DNA of 64,000 nt from Atractiella rhizophila (Eukaryota): assembly GCA_021432655.1 (NCBI GenBank), contig MU271375.1:1-64000 (forward strand), written 5' to 3'. The notes beneath the pieces were generated by a model. That model saw nothing but the letters and a program-made list of their open reading frames with translations, did not search any database and was not told the origin of the DNA. Of the stretch, positions 36,231-52,310 are shown piece by piece. The first letter of the stretch is position 1. Every line of letters begins with the position of its first letter. A program made the translations under genes and the position numbers.

Positions 36231-36966
36231 TCGTCGTTCTCAAAGTAACATATGCCACTTTGTATGAATTTGTCTGATTCGCAATTCTTGTTGTGTGTGG
36301 ATTTCCCATCGAAGGGAGCAGCATCTGTCTCTGTCTATTCTCCCTGCCAAAGGGAGCTCGTTGATACCATCTGTCCATCGCCGCTTCTGCTCAATCTTAT
36401 TCGTATTGTATGTTTTCTAATGCCTTTGTTTGTTGGCTCTTCTGCATATGTCGTCTCGTCGTTTTTCTCACATGATACAAGGCTTGAAAAGAATCTCACA
36501 CCCTCATCCATCCTGCGAAGAAAGAACGCACCTGTGCAGACCCCTGCCTCTCCTATCTCGTGTCCTATTTCCCATTTCAACGCGTCTAAACAGCTACACC
36601 GTCGTTGGAGTGCGTTTCGTTTTAATCAGGAGACGGTGGGACACTGTGGGACAAATTGAACGCGGCATTTGGAGGAACTGTGTGTTATGTAAATAATCAG
36701 TCGTTCCTTTGTGCTAGGTGCACGTTGGTTTCGGGCATGCATTTCCATTGTTACCGTTACATAGGAACTGCGAAACGACAGAGCTTATTCTTCGAAATTC
36801 TGCGCATGAAGTAGGATCGCTGAGAGAACATGTCATTGTGATGCAGAACACCAACAAAGCACGACTATCTACACAAGATTCAAACATTGTCCAGCTCTCC
36901 AGTTATTCAATAACCATATTCTTTCGCGATTGTGAGCGCTCCTTATACACCACCTTGTATGCCGGA

Positions 36967-38205
36967 CTACTTCAGAGGGGAGAAATCTAGCGGGTGCATG
37001 ATGCTCGCCTCCATCTTAGTCGACAGCTTGACAGTCTGCAGACCACATTATCTCGTTATCACTCCACAAAGGATGGCCTACCTTGACGACTGTGTCATTC
37101 CACCCATCAATCTTCCATGCCTCCGCCCTCTGCTTATCCCGTTGTTCCATTGACGCATAATTCCATACGTGATGGACCTAACAAATAGAAAATGCGAGTG
37201 GTCAATGGGTGTCACGAGAGAGGTAAGTAATGTACCTGATGCAATCTTCCCACTTGTGAGAACCAAGCGCCGACCGGTTGCACGAAGTGGCTCCTGGCTT
37301 CAAGACCCCGACGCCTGTCGTCGACATTCAGTTCGAGCAAAATATCATAAATCAAAAGACAAACCACTCATGCTCCCATTCGAGCAGAGATCCGGGAACT
37401 AAATCGTAGGTGCGCATTTCATAAATTCCCCCAAAATCTCTCGGAGGAGAAGACGCCCAGAATGCAAACTCTTGACATAATTGAGAAGTGCGGTGTTCAA
37501 GCAAGGGCATGATGCGTCGCTGGAATGTCTCTCTGTGGCCCTGAGGAAAAGGTGAACAATGTGATTACAAGACAGAGGGACGACGAACCGCAGCTTGGAG
37601 GATAGCGGCCTTGGAAGAGTCAAACCCAGCGAAATTATCGTACTCCCAAACGTGCACTATAAACACGCTCAACAGACATAGCAGGGCAATTGCGAACAAA
37701 CCAAAGGTATCCAGCTGACCAAGAATAATCTCCCAGCTGCCCGTTAGCCGGCATGCAAACTCCGGTGTCTTGGTGATGGATGTGTAATACTCCTCTCTTG
37801 TCACATCGGCAACTCAATCTCCACTCACGGTAGACATGACTGGAATACTCACATGATTTGCTTATATTCCGTTGCCTTTCCAGGTAACACCTTGTGCCCT
37901 TGTGATGGTCATCAGTTTCCGTAGCTCAGCATCGTGCAAAAACCAACTTTGAAACTCATGCACATATTTACCACGACCGACCATTTTGGAGTGGGACTCC
38001 ATAGCTATTGCACCTTCCGCTTTGGCTTTAGGGCTCCCATGAAGGATCGACTGTCTTCAATGATTAATGATGAGACTAATACAGTATAGAGACGTACCTT
38101 GACAATACCGCCCACACCAGAGGACGACTCTTGAGACCGAAGAGAAGATGAAGTGAATGAGCGGAGAGGTAGTAAAAGGGGATTTCGAAGGAGGGAACGT
38201 TGCAT
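36967..38205 (-). CDS. NIPSNAP family mitochondrial protein
   Basis: Presequence MQRSLLRNPLL..., HSKMVGRGKYVHEFQ, LTGSWEIILGQLDTF|VHVWEY, ELRSYDLVPGSLLEW, GAWFSQVGRL, C-terminal PLDFSPLK*. Confidence 0.9.
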
Positions 38206-38560
38206 TTTGTCGATGATCTAAGGCTAGACAATGGGAATACGATGCTTCAAGATGGCAATGAGACGGGCTATGTTGTCTGGCAAGCTTCCCGATTACAGTG
38301 GTGGTCGCTTGTGACGACGACGCCGAATGCGGACAAGATGTCACGTGACGAGTGCGAGCATGGAAAATTATTTATTTACTTGCGATCATATAGTTGCTTA
38401 ACATTTGTTGACGCTGCGCGGTATGTGAATAGGTATAGCAAAAGTCATGAACTTGCAATGTCGATGACCTAAGGATTGTGACTTTCAAATAGACTGCAAT
38501 CCCTAAAGGAAAAGCCAGTGCCTTTAAGATGAAATGAAAAGAATTAATCTTGGAAAGACA

Positions 38561-39640
38561 TCAAGCTGGAGAGTCGAACGTTTGTTGGTTCGCCTGGATG
38601 TCAAAATCAATCAAGCGATGCTCAATAGTCAAAGGTGTTAGTAACCAGCGGTCCAGCATGTTCTCTTACTCTCACAACTGCGTGCCGAGGCATCAAACAG
38701 AACGGCATTTGAATAGTTACCATCTCCTCCTCAACCGTTTTGCTTTTGATTTACGCATACGACCCGACATCTCGGTTTGGGTAGATTGGCTCATCGGCGC
38801 TTCAACGAAGTCGACGTGAAGGAGGTACGCAACCTCTTCATCCATTCGAAAATACCTGAGTTCGTTGTTCAAGTTCTGCCTTTGGTTTAGAAAGCATTCA
38901 CCTAAGTAATTGCTTGTAATAATGTGTAATTAGTATCCAATATTGCAACTGAAAGCCCACAGAAAGTGTTCATGTTATAGGAGGCGGATGCGGTTTCAAT
39001 TAGAGGGATCAACAGTTTGTCCTCTTCATGAAACACATCCCATGTCGGCCGAAGCGCTTCTACACTTTGCTGAAGTTGACAGCATTAGCGAATCAAGTTC
39101 AGGACCTTGGGGGAACACCCACTCAAAAACAGGTGCCCAAGCAAGGTCCTTCAATATACTCTTCACTTTCTGTCTTGTAGAATTCGAGTTGAAATAAGAG
39201 ATTAGCGAGTTGAAGCGCTAATGAGATATGAGACGGTCAATGTCAGAGACCGATGACTTACTGAGAAGGCTTCGACGTTAAGTGCCGCACATGGTTTCGT
39301 CCTAAACATAAATCATTAATCAAAATACAGATATCCAGCACTCGTAATTTCCATTTCGCTGTCTCTCCCAGTTGAGATTCTCATTGAGATTCTAGCTCAA
39401 GAAAAGCTGCTGGTCGCGCACAAGCCTGATCAGCGCATTCAAAATTGATACATGGCTTGGAGCCAGCAGAGCAAAGTGGAGCCTTCGCCTTCATGATAGC
39501 ACGTTCACGCTAAGGTAGCATTCCACTATTGTTGGCATATATATTCGGCAATGTAGGGAACCTCAACCTAGTGAGCCAGATGATGCAGCTCCGCATTGCG
39601 TACTTGAATTTGTATTAGCACTTCGGGAGCGTGCTGTAAA
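38561..39640 (-). pseudogene. Decayed paralog of the S10 hydrolase at 43248-45501 (3' half)
   Basis: Colinear nucleotide similarity (tcaagctggagagtc, catcaaacagaac, gaatagttacca, catccattcgaa, ttcatgatagcac), with deletions and a frameshift at the catalytic-His motif. Confidence 0.8.
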
Positions 39641-40255
39641 TTTCAATTTTTTTTTAACATTAACGTCAACCTGAGCGTAACATGGTGTAAATTCTTCATA
39701 TACTGCGAACTTCTTGTTTGCAGATCGCCGCTTCAAGTAAACGACTACCTTTACTTTACGGGCAGTTGCTGAGAATTTCATTCCCCGTAATCCAAAACGC
39801 TCAAGGATGAAAGAGTAAATACATTGCCAGCGCAGACCTGGCGTACAAAGCGAAACACTCGCCGTGTGGATATGGGCTCACAGACAGCAACGCTGACAAC
39901 GCATCTTTCAGTGTCTACACTCCAAGCTTCAAACATAGCTCAATAGACATGCTAACTATGCACCTCTTCGGTAAGGGCATCCTCAGGCGTGTGCATTGAT
40001 TGGCTCAGAGCGCTCCGTTTGTTGAATTCGTCATTTATTTCAAATAGAACAAAGAATAATAAATGGTGTTTGATTCTGGCCACGTGGCTGACGAACCGCT
40101 ACTTTGGTTCGGAGCATTCCACCGTCTGCTCGCTTTACATCAATTTTGGAGCAGGTAACAGCATTCACCTGCACCACACACTCTGCCTCTGCTGACCGTC
40201 CGATTGATTGTCTAGGCTTTTCAAGGGCACATCCTTCTCTAGCTCAAAAATAAAC

Positions 40256-42511
40256 ATGGCAACGCCAACCCCTCAGTACATTCGCTTTCGACATCCCAAA
40301 CCAGCTTCATCTCCAGATAATGACCCTGCAAAGGCTGAAATCAAAACTAATACGCGCAAACGGCCATTTGGTCTCTTTCCACCTTCTCTCACCGATATTC
40401 GGCGACCTCCTTTCTGTCCATCATTTTCTGGCGCATTCCGGATTCTCATCCTCATAAGAGTGACCGCTGCCATGTACCGTGGTATCGCAGATTGCGACGA
40501 AGGTGCGTATTTACTCAATGTGAACGAAGCACGGATGGGAATGGTGTCTCAGTGTTTCAGTACTTCGATCCACTTGCTCTGCTCAGACCTTGGACTTCTC
40601 CGTCTCAACACCCGTCACCATTCCAACCCTGGGAATACGCTCCGCCATACTCACTACGATCATACTTCTATCTCCTCTTCCATTTACCACCACTCCTCCT
40701 CACCAGGCGACTAAGTCATCGCGCACAATTCTTCAGTGTACGGATATACCTTGCCTTCCTCTCATCCTTCGCCGAGGCGGCTTTCTATCGTCGCGTGGTC
40801 GACAGCGTCGGAGCTCGAGTGGGAAGATACCTCCTCATCTTCTTAGCAACCGCTACAGGAATGTGGGAGATGAGCACATCCTTTCTTCCGAGCAGTTGGG
40901 CAGCAATGTGGATCGAAGTCGCTCTTACCGTTGCTACTCCCCTACCTGGGGACAAGCCTGGGAAGGCTCAGCGTGTTTGGATCCCAGTGTTTGCTTTTGG
41001 AATTGCCAGCTTGGTCGGATGGCCGTTTGCAGCACTCCTGGGGATTCCTTGGGCTGTGGAACTGATCCTCTATCCTAACAAGCCACATGGTGAGACGCCT
41101 ATGGGCAACTTAATTCAGCTATCAAGCGCTGTTTTTACATCCGCTGTCGCAATCCTGGTTCGTAAATGGCAAAGGGACTTGCTTTTGAAGCTGACAAACC
41201 AGTAGATACCCCAAATTGCCATCGACTCGTTCTTTTACCAAAAACTCGTCATTGCCCCTTGGAACCAAATCGCTTATAACGTTGTCAACAATCGATCTCA
41301 TTTGTATGGAACTTCACCATACTACTACTATCACCTCAATCTCCTCCTCAATTTCAATCTCGTCGCTATGTTATTCTTTATCACCCCTCTACTCCTCCGG
41401 CTTTTGTACAAGTTCCATCCAAAACTATTCGGTCAAACACCGGAGGCTCGGGGCGAGACATTCCGAAAGCTCGTATTTCTGATGCTTCCATCTTACGTCT
41501 GGTTTTCAGTTCTTGCTCTGCAGAGTCACAAAGAAGAGCGTTTTGGGTTTCCAGCCTATCCCTTGCTTTGTCTCTGTTCCGCCATCGGCTTATACCTGTT
41601 CCGAGTGGGAATGGAGCGGGTTTACATTAAAGTGACAGGGAAGGAATGGATGGTTCGTGCTGGTCCTTCTTTGCAATATATCGCCCTGATAGACAATCCA
41701 GGCAACACAAACACCACTGTTTTCTCGAATTACCTTCTCCGTCCTGTTCCTATCTGCTGCAGTATCATTGTCTCGAATTCTCGCTCTCTTCACCTACTAC
41801 CACGCACCAATGGACCTCCTGCTCCATTTCACGACCAAAACACTGCCTCAACTCTCCCTAGATCTCTTTCCTTCCGCTCACGCTTCCTATTATGATCCAA
41901 CCCGCTCGATTGAGGACCAGGATCTGGACATTGTTCTGGACCCATTGAACCAGTTGAATATGACTCTCTGTTACGGCAAAGAATGGTATCGTTTCCCCGG
42001 AACGCTTCTCATCCCAGAGGTCGTTCAGACGGAGTGGATCAAGAGCGAGTTCGCTGGAATTATTCCCCGAAGGTGGATAATCAAAGAGGATGATGGGGAA
42101 CACAACGCCTGGAGCAAAGGAGGGGACGTGACAGGAAGAGACGCAGGCGGTTTCAATGATCTGAATTTAGAGGAACTCGATCGATATGTACGAGGTCCCT
42201 AGCTCCATCCCGGAATGAACTGAATAGGTTTCCAGGTCGATCCCAAAACTTGTACCTGGCTCATTGATTTAGACTTTCCTCATCGGTTTGAGATATTCCA
42301 GGAAGAGGTTCCTCGACTGGATCTACGCTACGCAACCGACTCCGACAACTGGGAAAGGGTCTTCTGTCGTCCTTTCCTAGACACCAAGCACAGTGGCAGG
42401 CTCAGTCGGACATTTTGGTTGCCAGGTAAATGGTGGGAGGAGAAGAATCGATACGGAGACTATTGTTTACTGAAGAACAAGATGGTGATGTTCAAAGGGG
42501 AAGAAAAGTAA
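40256..42511 (+). CDS. ALG9: Alpha-1,2-mannosyltransferase (GT22)
   Basis: IADCDE|VFQYFDPL, FQPWEYAPPYSLRSYFY, SFLPSS, GWPF, SHKEERF..PAYP, LCYGKEWYRFP. Confidence 0.93.
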
Positions 42512-43247
42512 TTATAAGAAATTAATCAACTCTTTGTCTGACGACAATGTCAATGATCAAAATCCATCCCGAAGATGCACATTGAATGGAGCAGATATTG
42601 TGGAAGCAGTGTTATTGCAAAAGGAAAAGGTTTGTAGTTGCGGTGGCAAGAAAGATCCATGGTTACTGTTATTCGGACTCCAGCATGGTCTCTGATTCTT
42701 GCCGACTGTTGGAAGGAGAAAGGATGGAGCAGGCAACGTCTGCATGCCGTATTTGCTGGCGTTCTGATGCTGCAGCAAACAAGTGACACTTCACCACAAG
42801 TCCGGTCTTAAAAGAGGGTCAAGATGCATATCTTCTTCTCTCCCCAATCACACTGCAATCTGCTGGATCGTGCTCACTCTTGTCTGATTGCGGACAATTT
42901 AGCCTCAGCAAATTTCATTACGAACAAGACACGACTTCCTAAAGTCTACATTGGGAGAATTGCGAGAAGGAGACTCATGAAAGGTACGCCGAGTAATGCT
43001 GGAGAAGCAAAGAAGTTATATGACGTGTCGACTTCCTTGGGTCATAATATTCATAAAATCGCAGAGACGACGCCAGTCGAACAGTCGTACCTAGTGTTTC
43101 AGACGGATGTGTGTTTAACAGGCTTTCGATTCTTAATGATGAGCCTCAAAGGCGTGTGCTGCAAGAGTAGACTTCAGATTTGAAAGAATTCTGCAAGCAA
43201 GAAGTTTGCCATTACAATGAATGATAAAAGGAAAGCTTACGCAGCGG

Positions 43248-45501
43248 TCAAGCTGGAGAGTCAAACGGTTGGTTGGTCAGCCTAGATATCAATGTCAATC
43301 AAAGGAATTTGAGTGAGATACCACTGACCACCGCTCCAGCATCCAAAGAGCAATTTCTGGCTGTTCTCTTACGACTCCATGCCCTGCATCAAACAGAACT
43401 ACGTATGAATAGTTACCAGCTCCTTGTCCTACTGTTCTTGCGCTTGCTTTGAGCATACGACCAGATGGCTCGTTTGTGGACCGGAAATATATTGGTCTAT
43501 CAACAGCTGCGTTGAAGTCGGATGTGAAGGAGGTGGGCAACTTCCTCATCCATTCGAAGACCCCTGTGCCCCTATGTAATTCTGCCAGTGTGTACTAGAA
43601 AATATTTACCGTGGTAATTACCTTCGAACATGTAATTCAGTGCACATCAAAAGGACTCGAATGAAGCCTACAAATTGTGTCCAAGTCACCGATGTACGTG
43701 AGCAGACGAATACCATCTTCGACTAGAGGGATCAACATTTTATCGTGCTCGTGAAACATATCCCATGTCGTCTGAAAGCGCTGATGGACATCGCTGAATG
43801 TTGCTGTCATCAGTGGTTTGAATGTGAATGACATGAACAAAACACCCACAATGCAATAGGTGCCCAAAGAATATCCTTGGGTATAATATCCAGCTTCGCT
43901 CTTGTAGCATTCGAATTGAGAAGAGTGATTAGTGGGTAAAATTCCTAATTTGACAGGTCAGGGACTAATGGTCGAATCAGAAGAAATAGAATCGAATCAT
44001 GATACCTCTGAGTAGCACCGTTCTGGTGAGCACTTGACCTTCAGATTGTACAGAGAGATATTCTTAGTGGCCACAGGCCCGAACATAGCGTGATCACAAA
44101 AAATGGCCGTCGGCTCACAAGCTTGATCAGTAAAATCGAAATCGATACATTGCTGCAAACCGGCACTGCAGAGTGAGGCTTGAGCTTTCATGATAGCACA
44201 TTCGCGCTCGGATACGAGTCCATTATTTTTCGGCTTATCACATATATATTCAGCAACGGACGGAGTCTATGATCTGGTCAGCAAGGAAGTTGAGCTTCTC
44301 ATCACGTACTTGAACCTTGAGATTGGTCATTCCGAAGCCTACCGGTATCTTAGCAATTGCCAAAAGAGTGCATTCAACTCACCAATCATGATACTCTCCA
44401 AAGGAATTCTCACTACACCAACCGATTGGCGAGACAATGAGAGAAGCTGGTTCTGATGCCACAGATGGGCAGCAAACGCCGGAACATAGGAGCCTAGAAC
44501 ATGCTGTCAGAGAAATATCATATGGTTGTAGGAGTAGTAACCGCCGTAGGATCCTCCAGCAACGACGAATCGATTCAGAATTTTGTCCGGAAACGCCACG
44601 TAAAAAAGCTGCATGAAGGAATACACTGGGACCAGAAGTTCAAACACCTCTAATTAACTACTGAGACGGCGAGCTTACTATCCTCAGCCGCCGCGAAGCT
44701 GTCGCTGACCGCAGGAGAACCCTCATCAAAATAACTGAATCCAACTCTTCATTCGCATGTAAGCCAAAGTCAACGAAATCAACGAGAACGGACCCAACAG
44801 GCTGGTCCATGATAATGAGATTTGCTTTGGAGATCCAACTGTAACAAAGGCTCAGTTTTTGAAAGAAAAGAAACGGCCTGTACCTGTACGGGTTCTTATA
44901 GACACTTTCTCCATCCTCTGCGAACAAGCATGGACCAAGCCCTCCAAACGTTGGCATCATCCCAGAACTTCCGGGTCTTAGACAGCTGCAATCAGCGCAA
45001 AAAATCCCTAGTTAAGGAAACTCACCCTCCGGCGAACCATAAAAGTACAGGGTCGTTTACAGGATCGTTTTGGGACTCAAAATACCTACTTTTGAGTCAG
45101 GCGGACCGCCGAGAAATCGGAAGTATCGCTCACCAGAAAAAAATATGCTAGAAAGGAATTTCACACTTAGAGATCCAAAATTAATATACAGAGACGCACA
45201 TGACTTTTGTTTGCGACATCAAAATAACCAACCCATTGGTTGGCGCTTGAAGGACAGACATCCTTAGGGCTGGCCAATCGCATGGCATGTTGAGGAAATG
45301 CAGGGTGATAAAAGGCGGTCGAAACTGTTTGGTTTATGAGGTCATTCCAAGCACTGCTATCCGCTACAAACCTTCATCCCCTCCTAAAGACCATTGACCC
45401 ATAGAATTGTCCTTCTGGATCGTGAAGCTACTATCTTTGGGGATGTAAGGGCGTTGAGCGGCAGCATATGCCGCCGTGCAAGACAGGAGCAGGGACCACA
45501 T
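43248..45501 (-). CDS. Peptidase S10 (serine carboxypeptidase-like) alpha/beta hydrolase, probably secreted
   Basis: FESQNDPVNDPVLLWFAGG|PG, DQPVG|VGFSY, AGGSYG|GSYVP (Ser), GDLDTIC (Asp), DAGHGV (His); hydrophobic N-terminus MWSLLLSCTAAYAAA. Confidence 0.88.
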
Positions 45502-45894
45502 CCCTCCTTCCTCCAGGTACTGCAACTTGGTCGTTCGTCAGAACCCACAGATTCCCTTGCGGAGAGCACTGAAATGTAGGCAAGGCTAGCATGGCGACGG
45601 CCCCAACCGTGACTCCAATTTCCGTGAAGAGGCACGATTTGAAATTTAGAGGAACTAAGAGGAAACGCTGTTCTGTTCGATGGGAACAAAGTAATTATTA
45701 TGAACCCCATCGCTTATACACGATAACCCAATCAAAGCCATATCCAAGATGATCGATGGATGATATATTCGAACCTGTTTGACACTCCAACACAAAAGCA
45801 AGCACTCCAGACAAATAGGGCAAAAAGGGGAAGGAAAGAAAGGCAGAGAATATAGTGCAATAAACATTTGCCTTGTAATATTTAGGCAGGGAGC

Positions 45895-47896
45895 TTACGG
45901 CTCCTGCACGCTCTCTGATTTCTTCCCAAACACGTAAACGTGACCTCCTTGAGCGCCACCTATAGAAATTGTCAGATTGAGGTTTACAAACGAGCAAGAC
46001 TGAACCATATGCCCGACCGATTCGCAAAGGATGGCCAACGGCGACAGCAGGAACCGTCCGTGACCGCATCCTTGTGATTACGTTGCCGTCTCCATCGAAT
46101 ACATCAAGGCTTTGTTTCATATTCCCAACAAAGAAGTGTGGATAAGCATCATTGGTCGGTAATGGTGAGAAGCGAGCCTTGAAGACCGTAGTGAAGCGGC
46201 CAGTATGGGTATCGTGTTTGATGGAACGGGAAGGGACAAATGATTTAGTGATAGCCGAAGCGCTGGAGAAGTTGGCGTCATAGACTGTGTACACAAATTG
46301 GAACTGAATTGTGAGGCGTGGAAGGAAAGCAAGCTCACTGCGTATACAGTCATCGTAACTAGTTGTAAGAAGCTTCTCGCTCACACCTGACGGATGCCAG
46401 TAGGCGGAGGTGCAACAATTTGGAGTTTCATATTCAGCAATGATATGTTTATCGATATCCTCCGTTGGTTCACTACTCGGTGGGGTCATGACAAGCATGC
46501 GTAGATCCCACAGCCTGCTGCTTCTGAGCAATCAGAATCCACAGAACTAGAGGAGACCGACCGTGTCAGCCGTTCAAAATGCGCGGTTACAGCGTATCTG
46601 CCACCACTGTGCAGAGAAACGCATCCCACCTTTTTATTGGATATTCGCCAACGTCTCGTGCTGAACTTGTTCTCTCGAAGATCACGATGAGAAAGTCCTC
46701 CACGGGTATCGCTCACTGAAGATAACTTTAAAAGGATCACGGGGGAAGGGGAAAAACACACCCCAAATTTCCTGTCGGTTGGACGTAAGGTCGAATGAGG
46801 AGACCAAGCGTTCACCAACATCATCCTCATCGGCTCCAAGATCCAGATCAACGATTTGCTGAGACACGCCAGTCTCGAAATTAAGTTGACGAATAGAACA
46901 GTCATAAGCCCCAGTCAAAACCTACGGTGACGGTATAAGAATGAAGAATAAGGAGGACAATGAACATACATAGGCGCCTTCCCGGATGCGAACCTCGCTC
47001 ACGCTCTTTCCTGGACTATGCATCTTAATCCTCCAACTATGCTCCTGCCATTCTTCTTCAGCTATGTCGTCCTTATAATCCCACACAGAGAGCCAGCCTT
47101 CCTTGTCTCCGATAAAAATAAGCTCTCTTGACGCATCTGGGTAGACGCACATGCTGTAGATGCGGTTTGAAGTCACTCGCAAAGAGGCGATCTGAGCAGC
47201 GCCGGCGTAGGCGTCTTTGAGAGAGGATAAAGGTGCAGTAGAACTAGTGGAAGCAGCGGAGGGGGGGACAAAGTGCTTTTTAGGCGAGCTTTCTGGTGAT
47301 TCCGCAGTGGCACTTCGAGCATTCGTTCGGCGCTTCTTTGGTGTTCTCTCCACTTCTGGTTCCTCCTCCATCTTGACGTCTTCGACGTGAAGGGCTTTTA
47401 ACGCTTCCAACAAAGCCGGATTCCTCTCTTCCTCTTCATTCCCCCGATAATCAACAGTGCTCACCTCCCTGTCAGCAGCTCTCCACTTCCTGCGTTCCTC
47501 ACGTTCCTTCTCCTTCTCCTTCTCTTTCGCCCGCTCCTCTCTCTCTAACTCCTTCTTAATCTTAGTCCGCTCAGCATCATTCATTACGGAAGAACCATCG
47601 AGGGCGGCTGCCTCTCGTAAGCGCCGGGAAGAACGCGTTCCGACTGCAGGTTCGGTTTTAACTGTTGCCCTCCTGGAGCGATCGCGAGGTTTGTCTCGCG
47701 AGGTTGTTTTCGGTTTAGGAGGCTCCGGAGCATGAGAGACAAACGTATCAGCAGCTGGAAGGTCTAATGATTCCAGCAAAGCAGCGTTGGCTCGTATGTT
47801 TTCGAGACGCTGCTTTTCACTAGAGTGAGCAAATATGTCAGCAAAGCGTGAGCTGCGTCGTAGGAATACTTTCTAGTCCGTCAATCCAGCCGCCAT
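45895..47896 (-). CDS. CMR1: WD40 DNA damage-binding protein Cmr1/WDR76
   Basis: YEKQRLENIRANAALLESL, RVTSNRIYSMCVYP, IGDKEG, AYDCSIRQLNF, TTSYDDCIR, IKHDTHTGRFTTVFKARF, VGNMKQSLDVF. Confidence 0.88.
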
Positions 47897-48078
47897 TGAT
47901 CAAAGACTTGATTTCGTAAACGACTTCTGAGCTTGATATGCAATCGTCAAGTGGGACGCGTGAGAAGAATTGACTGGTCGCGTCAAGCTAAATTTCAAAT
48001 TTGCCTTACAAGAGGCGGAAATCTTTGCAATTTGAAATCTGCATTCTTCAGCAGGACAACAAAATCGACAAGGTCGCA

Positions 48079-50507
<2,429 letters not shown>

Positions 50508-50619
50508 ATGTTACATTTATGTAACTCTGTTAGTTTTCCTTTGGAATGATATATGATCCCACACTCTAAGATACCAAGTGTACAACAAAATATACTGCTG
50601 CAAGCGGTATCATCATTTC

Positions 50620-51829
50620 TCAATCCTCATCCCACTCCCGCCAACTATCATACATCCACTTTCTCGTCGTTTCATTCTCTCCCTCGCTTGCCTTTCTCCA
50701 GAAACTTTGTAATAATTCCCGGCCCAGTTCTTCTTTTGCCTTATCCTTTGTACAACTGTCGATGAGGACCTTCCACGGTTCCTCGTCCTCACCGTCGTCC
50801 CGTTTTCGTTTCTTCGTTGGCGGCTGCTGTGTCGGCAGAAGACATCGAAATAGGGGTAAATAGATATTGTCCCAAATCTGCGAATAGAATTTCTTGTGCG
50901 GCGACTTAGAAATAACTTGCAACCACGGTGAGAGAAGATGAACGAGCGGTAGTGTGGAGGAGGGCGTTGCGCGCGAGGAAGGTGGATCGGTTTGAGAGAG
51001 GGAAGTCTCTAGTTCGGACAGGTAGATGTCGGAAAGAAAATAACACAGCGACGATGGTATCTTAGGGTCCGTTGTCGTGCTGCCATGGAATCAGATCGAT
51101 GCTTCACCGAGTAGGAAAGGCTCACCTCAAAGGACCTGCTGGGCCCAAGAGTAGAGCGGAGAGCCCGTCGAGAAGTCGAGGTTCCCAATTCTCCCGCTGT
51201 AAAAATACGAAAGTTTGTCTCGAAAAGTAGCGCATTAGGAGGTAGTATTTGTCGACTCTAATCAAAATTTAGCGAATGAATAAATCCTCAGCGACATCCT
51301 ACCTATGCTTGTCAATGCCGCTCCACTCCTTGCCCATTGTTACCCAAAAAGCTTGGATGTACGCTAGTGCGTTTTTGGAAGCCCTGACGCGATTTTCGGA
51401 GGCTACGGACGAACGTATTTCGAGGATGAAATATGACAGGGTGTGTGCGAGCTCTTGCTGGACCAGAGGCTTGTCCGACATCCAGAAACCTTTGACGTTC
51501 TCTCACTTCTCCCGCAATAATTACAGATAGATATCTTACAGTAGAATAGCCCTTGCCATAGCTTTAGCATCTCCTTCTGCTCAAAACGTTTCTCAACCTC
51601 CCAATCCTTCTCCCAATCGCCCTCTTCCAGTCCTACATCTGCAGACAAACCGAAACTAAAGTATTTTCGCAATCCAGCCACCGCCTTGTCTCTTATATGC
51701 TTTTCTACAGGAACCACGATGAGTGACTGCAGAACGGTACGAGGAGGGCTCAACCAGACCGTTCGAAGCAAGGTGCTTGGCCAGCGGAGGAGCCTGCCTG
51801 GAGGTACTCGCCTGTACCTCTGTCGCCAT
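50620..51829 (-). CDS. RRP1: Ribosomal RNA processing protein Rrp1/Nop52
   Basis: PLAKHLASN|EKHIRDKAV, MLKLWQGLFY|GFWMSDKPLVQQELA, AFWVTMGKEWSGIDKHR|VDKYYLLMR. Confidence 0.92.
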
Positions 51830-52172
51830 ATTAGTTTAGAGATAAGGATCTCGGGTAGTATTGAGCCTCGATCAAAAACAAAAATTTCAGCGTACGCAGG
51901 ACATACCTAAATTGCCCTGGTTGGAGGACGCTGCGGGTACCACCACGTGCGAGATGGAAAAGAGAGCACCGAGAGACTGAGGTGTATAACTGAACACTCG
52001 AACTCCACTTGCATCTAAAACCAAATGGGATGTCATTTCATTATCAGTTGTGTGACTGGCAAATCCCTCTTACATTCATGTTGACCCACCTTCGAATAAC
52101 CGCTCAGTTTCTTAGCGCTCTGAAGTTCCCTACGGTTATCCGTCACACCCACTAGATTTTGTCAACTTGAAG

Positions 52173-52183
52173 GCGGTATTACG
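52173..52183 (+). promoter_or_regulatory. Conserved upstream motif GCGGTATTACG (copy 1)
   Basis: Identical 11-mer upstream of all three paralogs (52173, 54432, 56103). Confidence 0.55.
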
Positions 52184-52310
52184 GCTTCATAACAATGATA
52201 ATACAGTGACTTATGCCTGGTCAGTTCCGCTTTTTTATGCGCGTATCCACTGACATAAAGATAGACGTCACTTTAAAGGGCCGAGCCCTCATTCTCGATC
52301 CACAATCCAG

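Noticed and set aside
33050..36950. Mating-type locus around the HMG gene
   Set aside because: No pheromone precursor, STE3 receptor or homeodomain genes were recognised; the CaaX motifs in the window belong to larger proteins.
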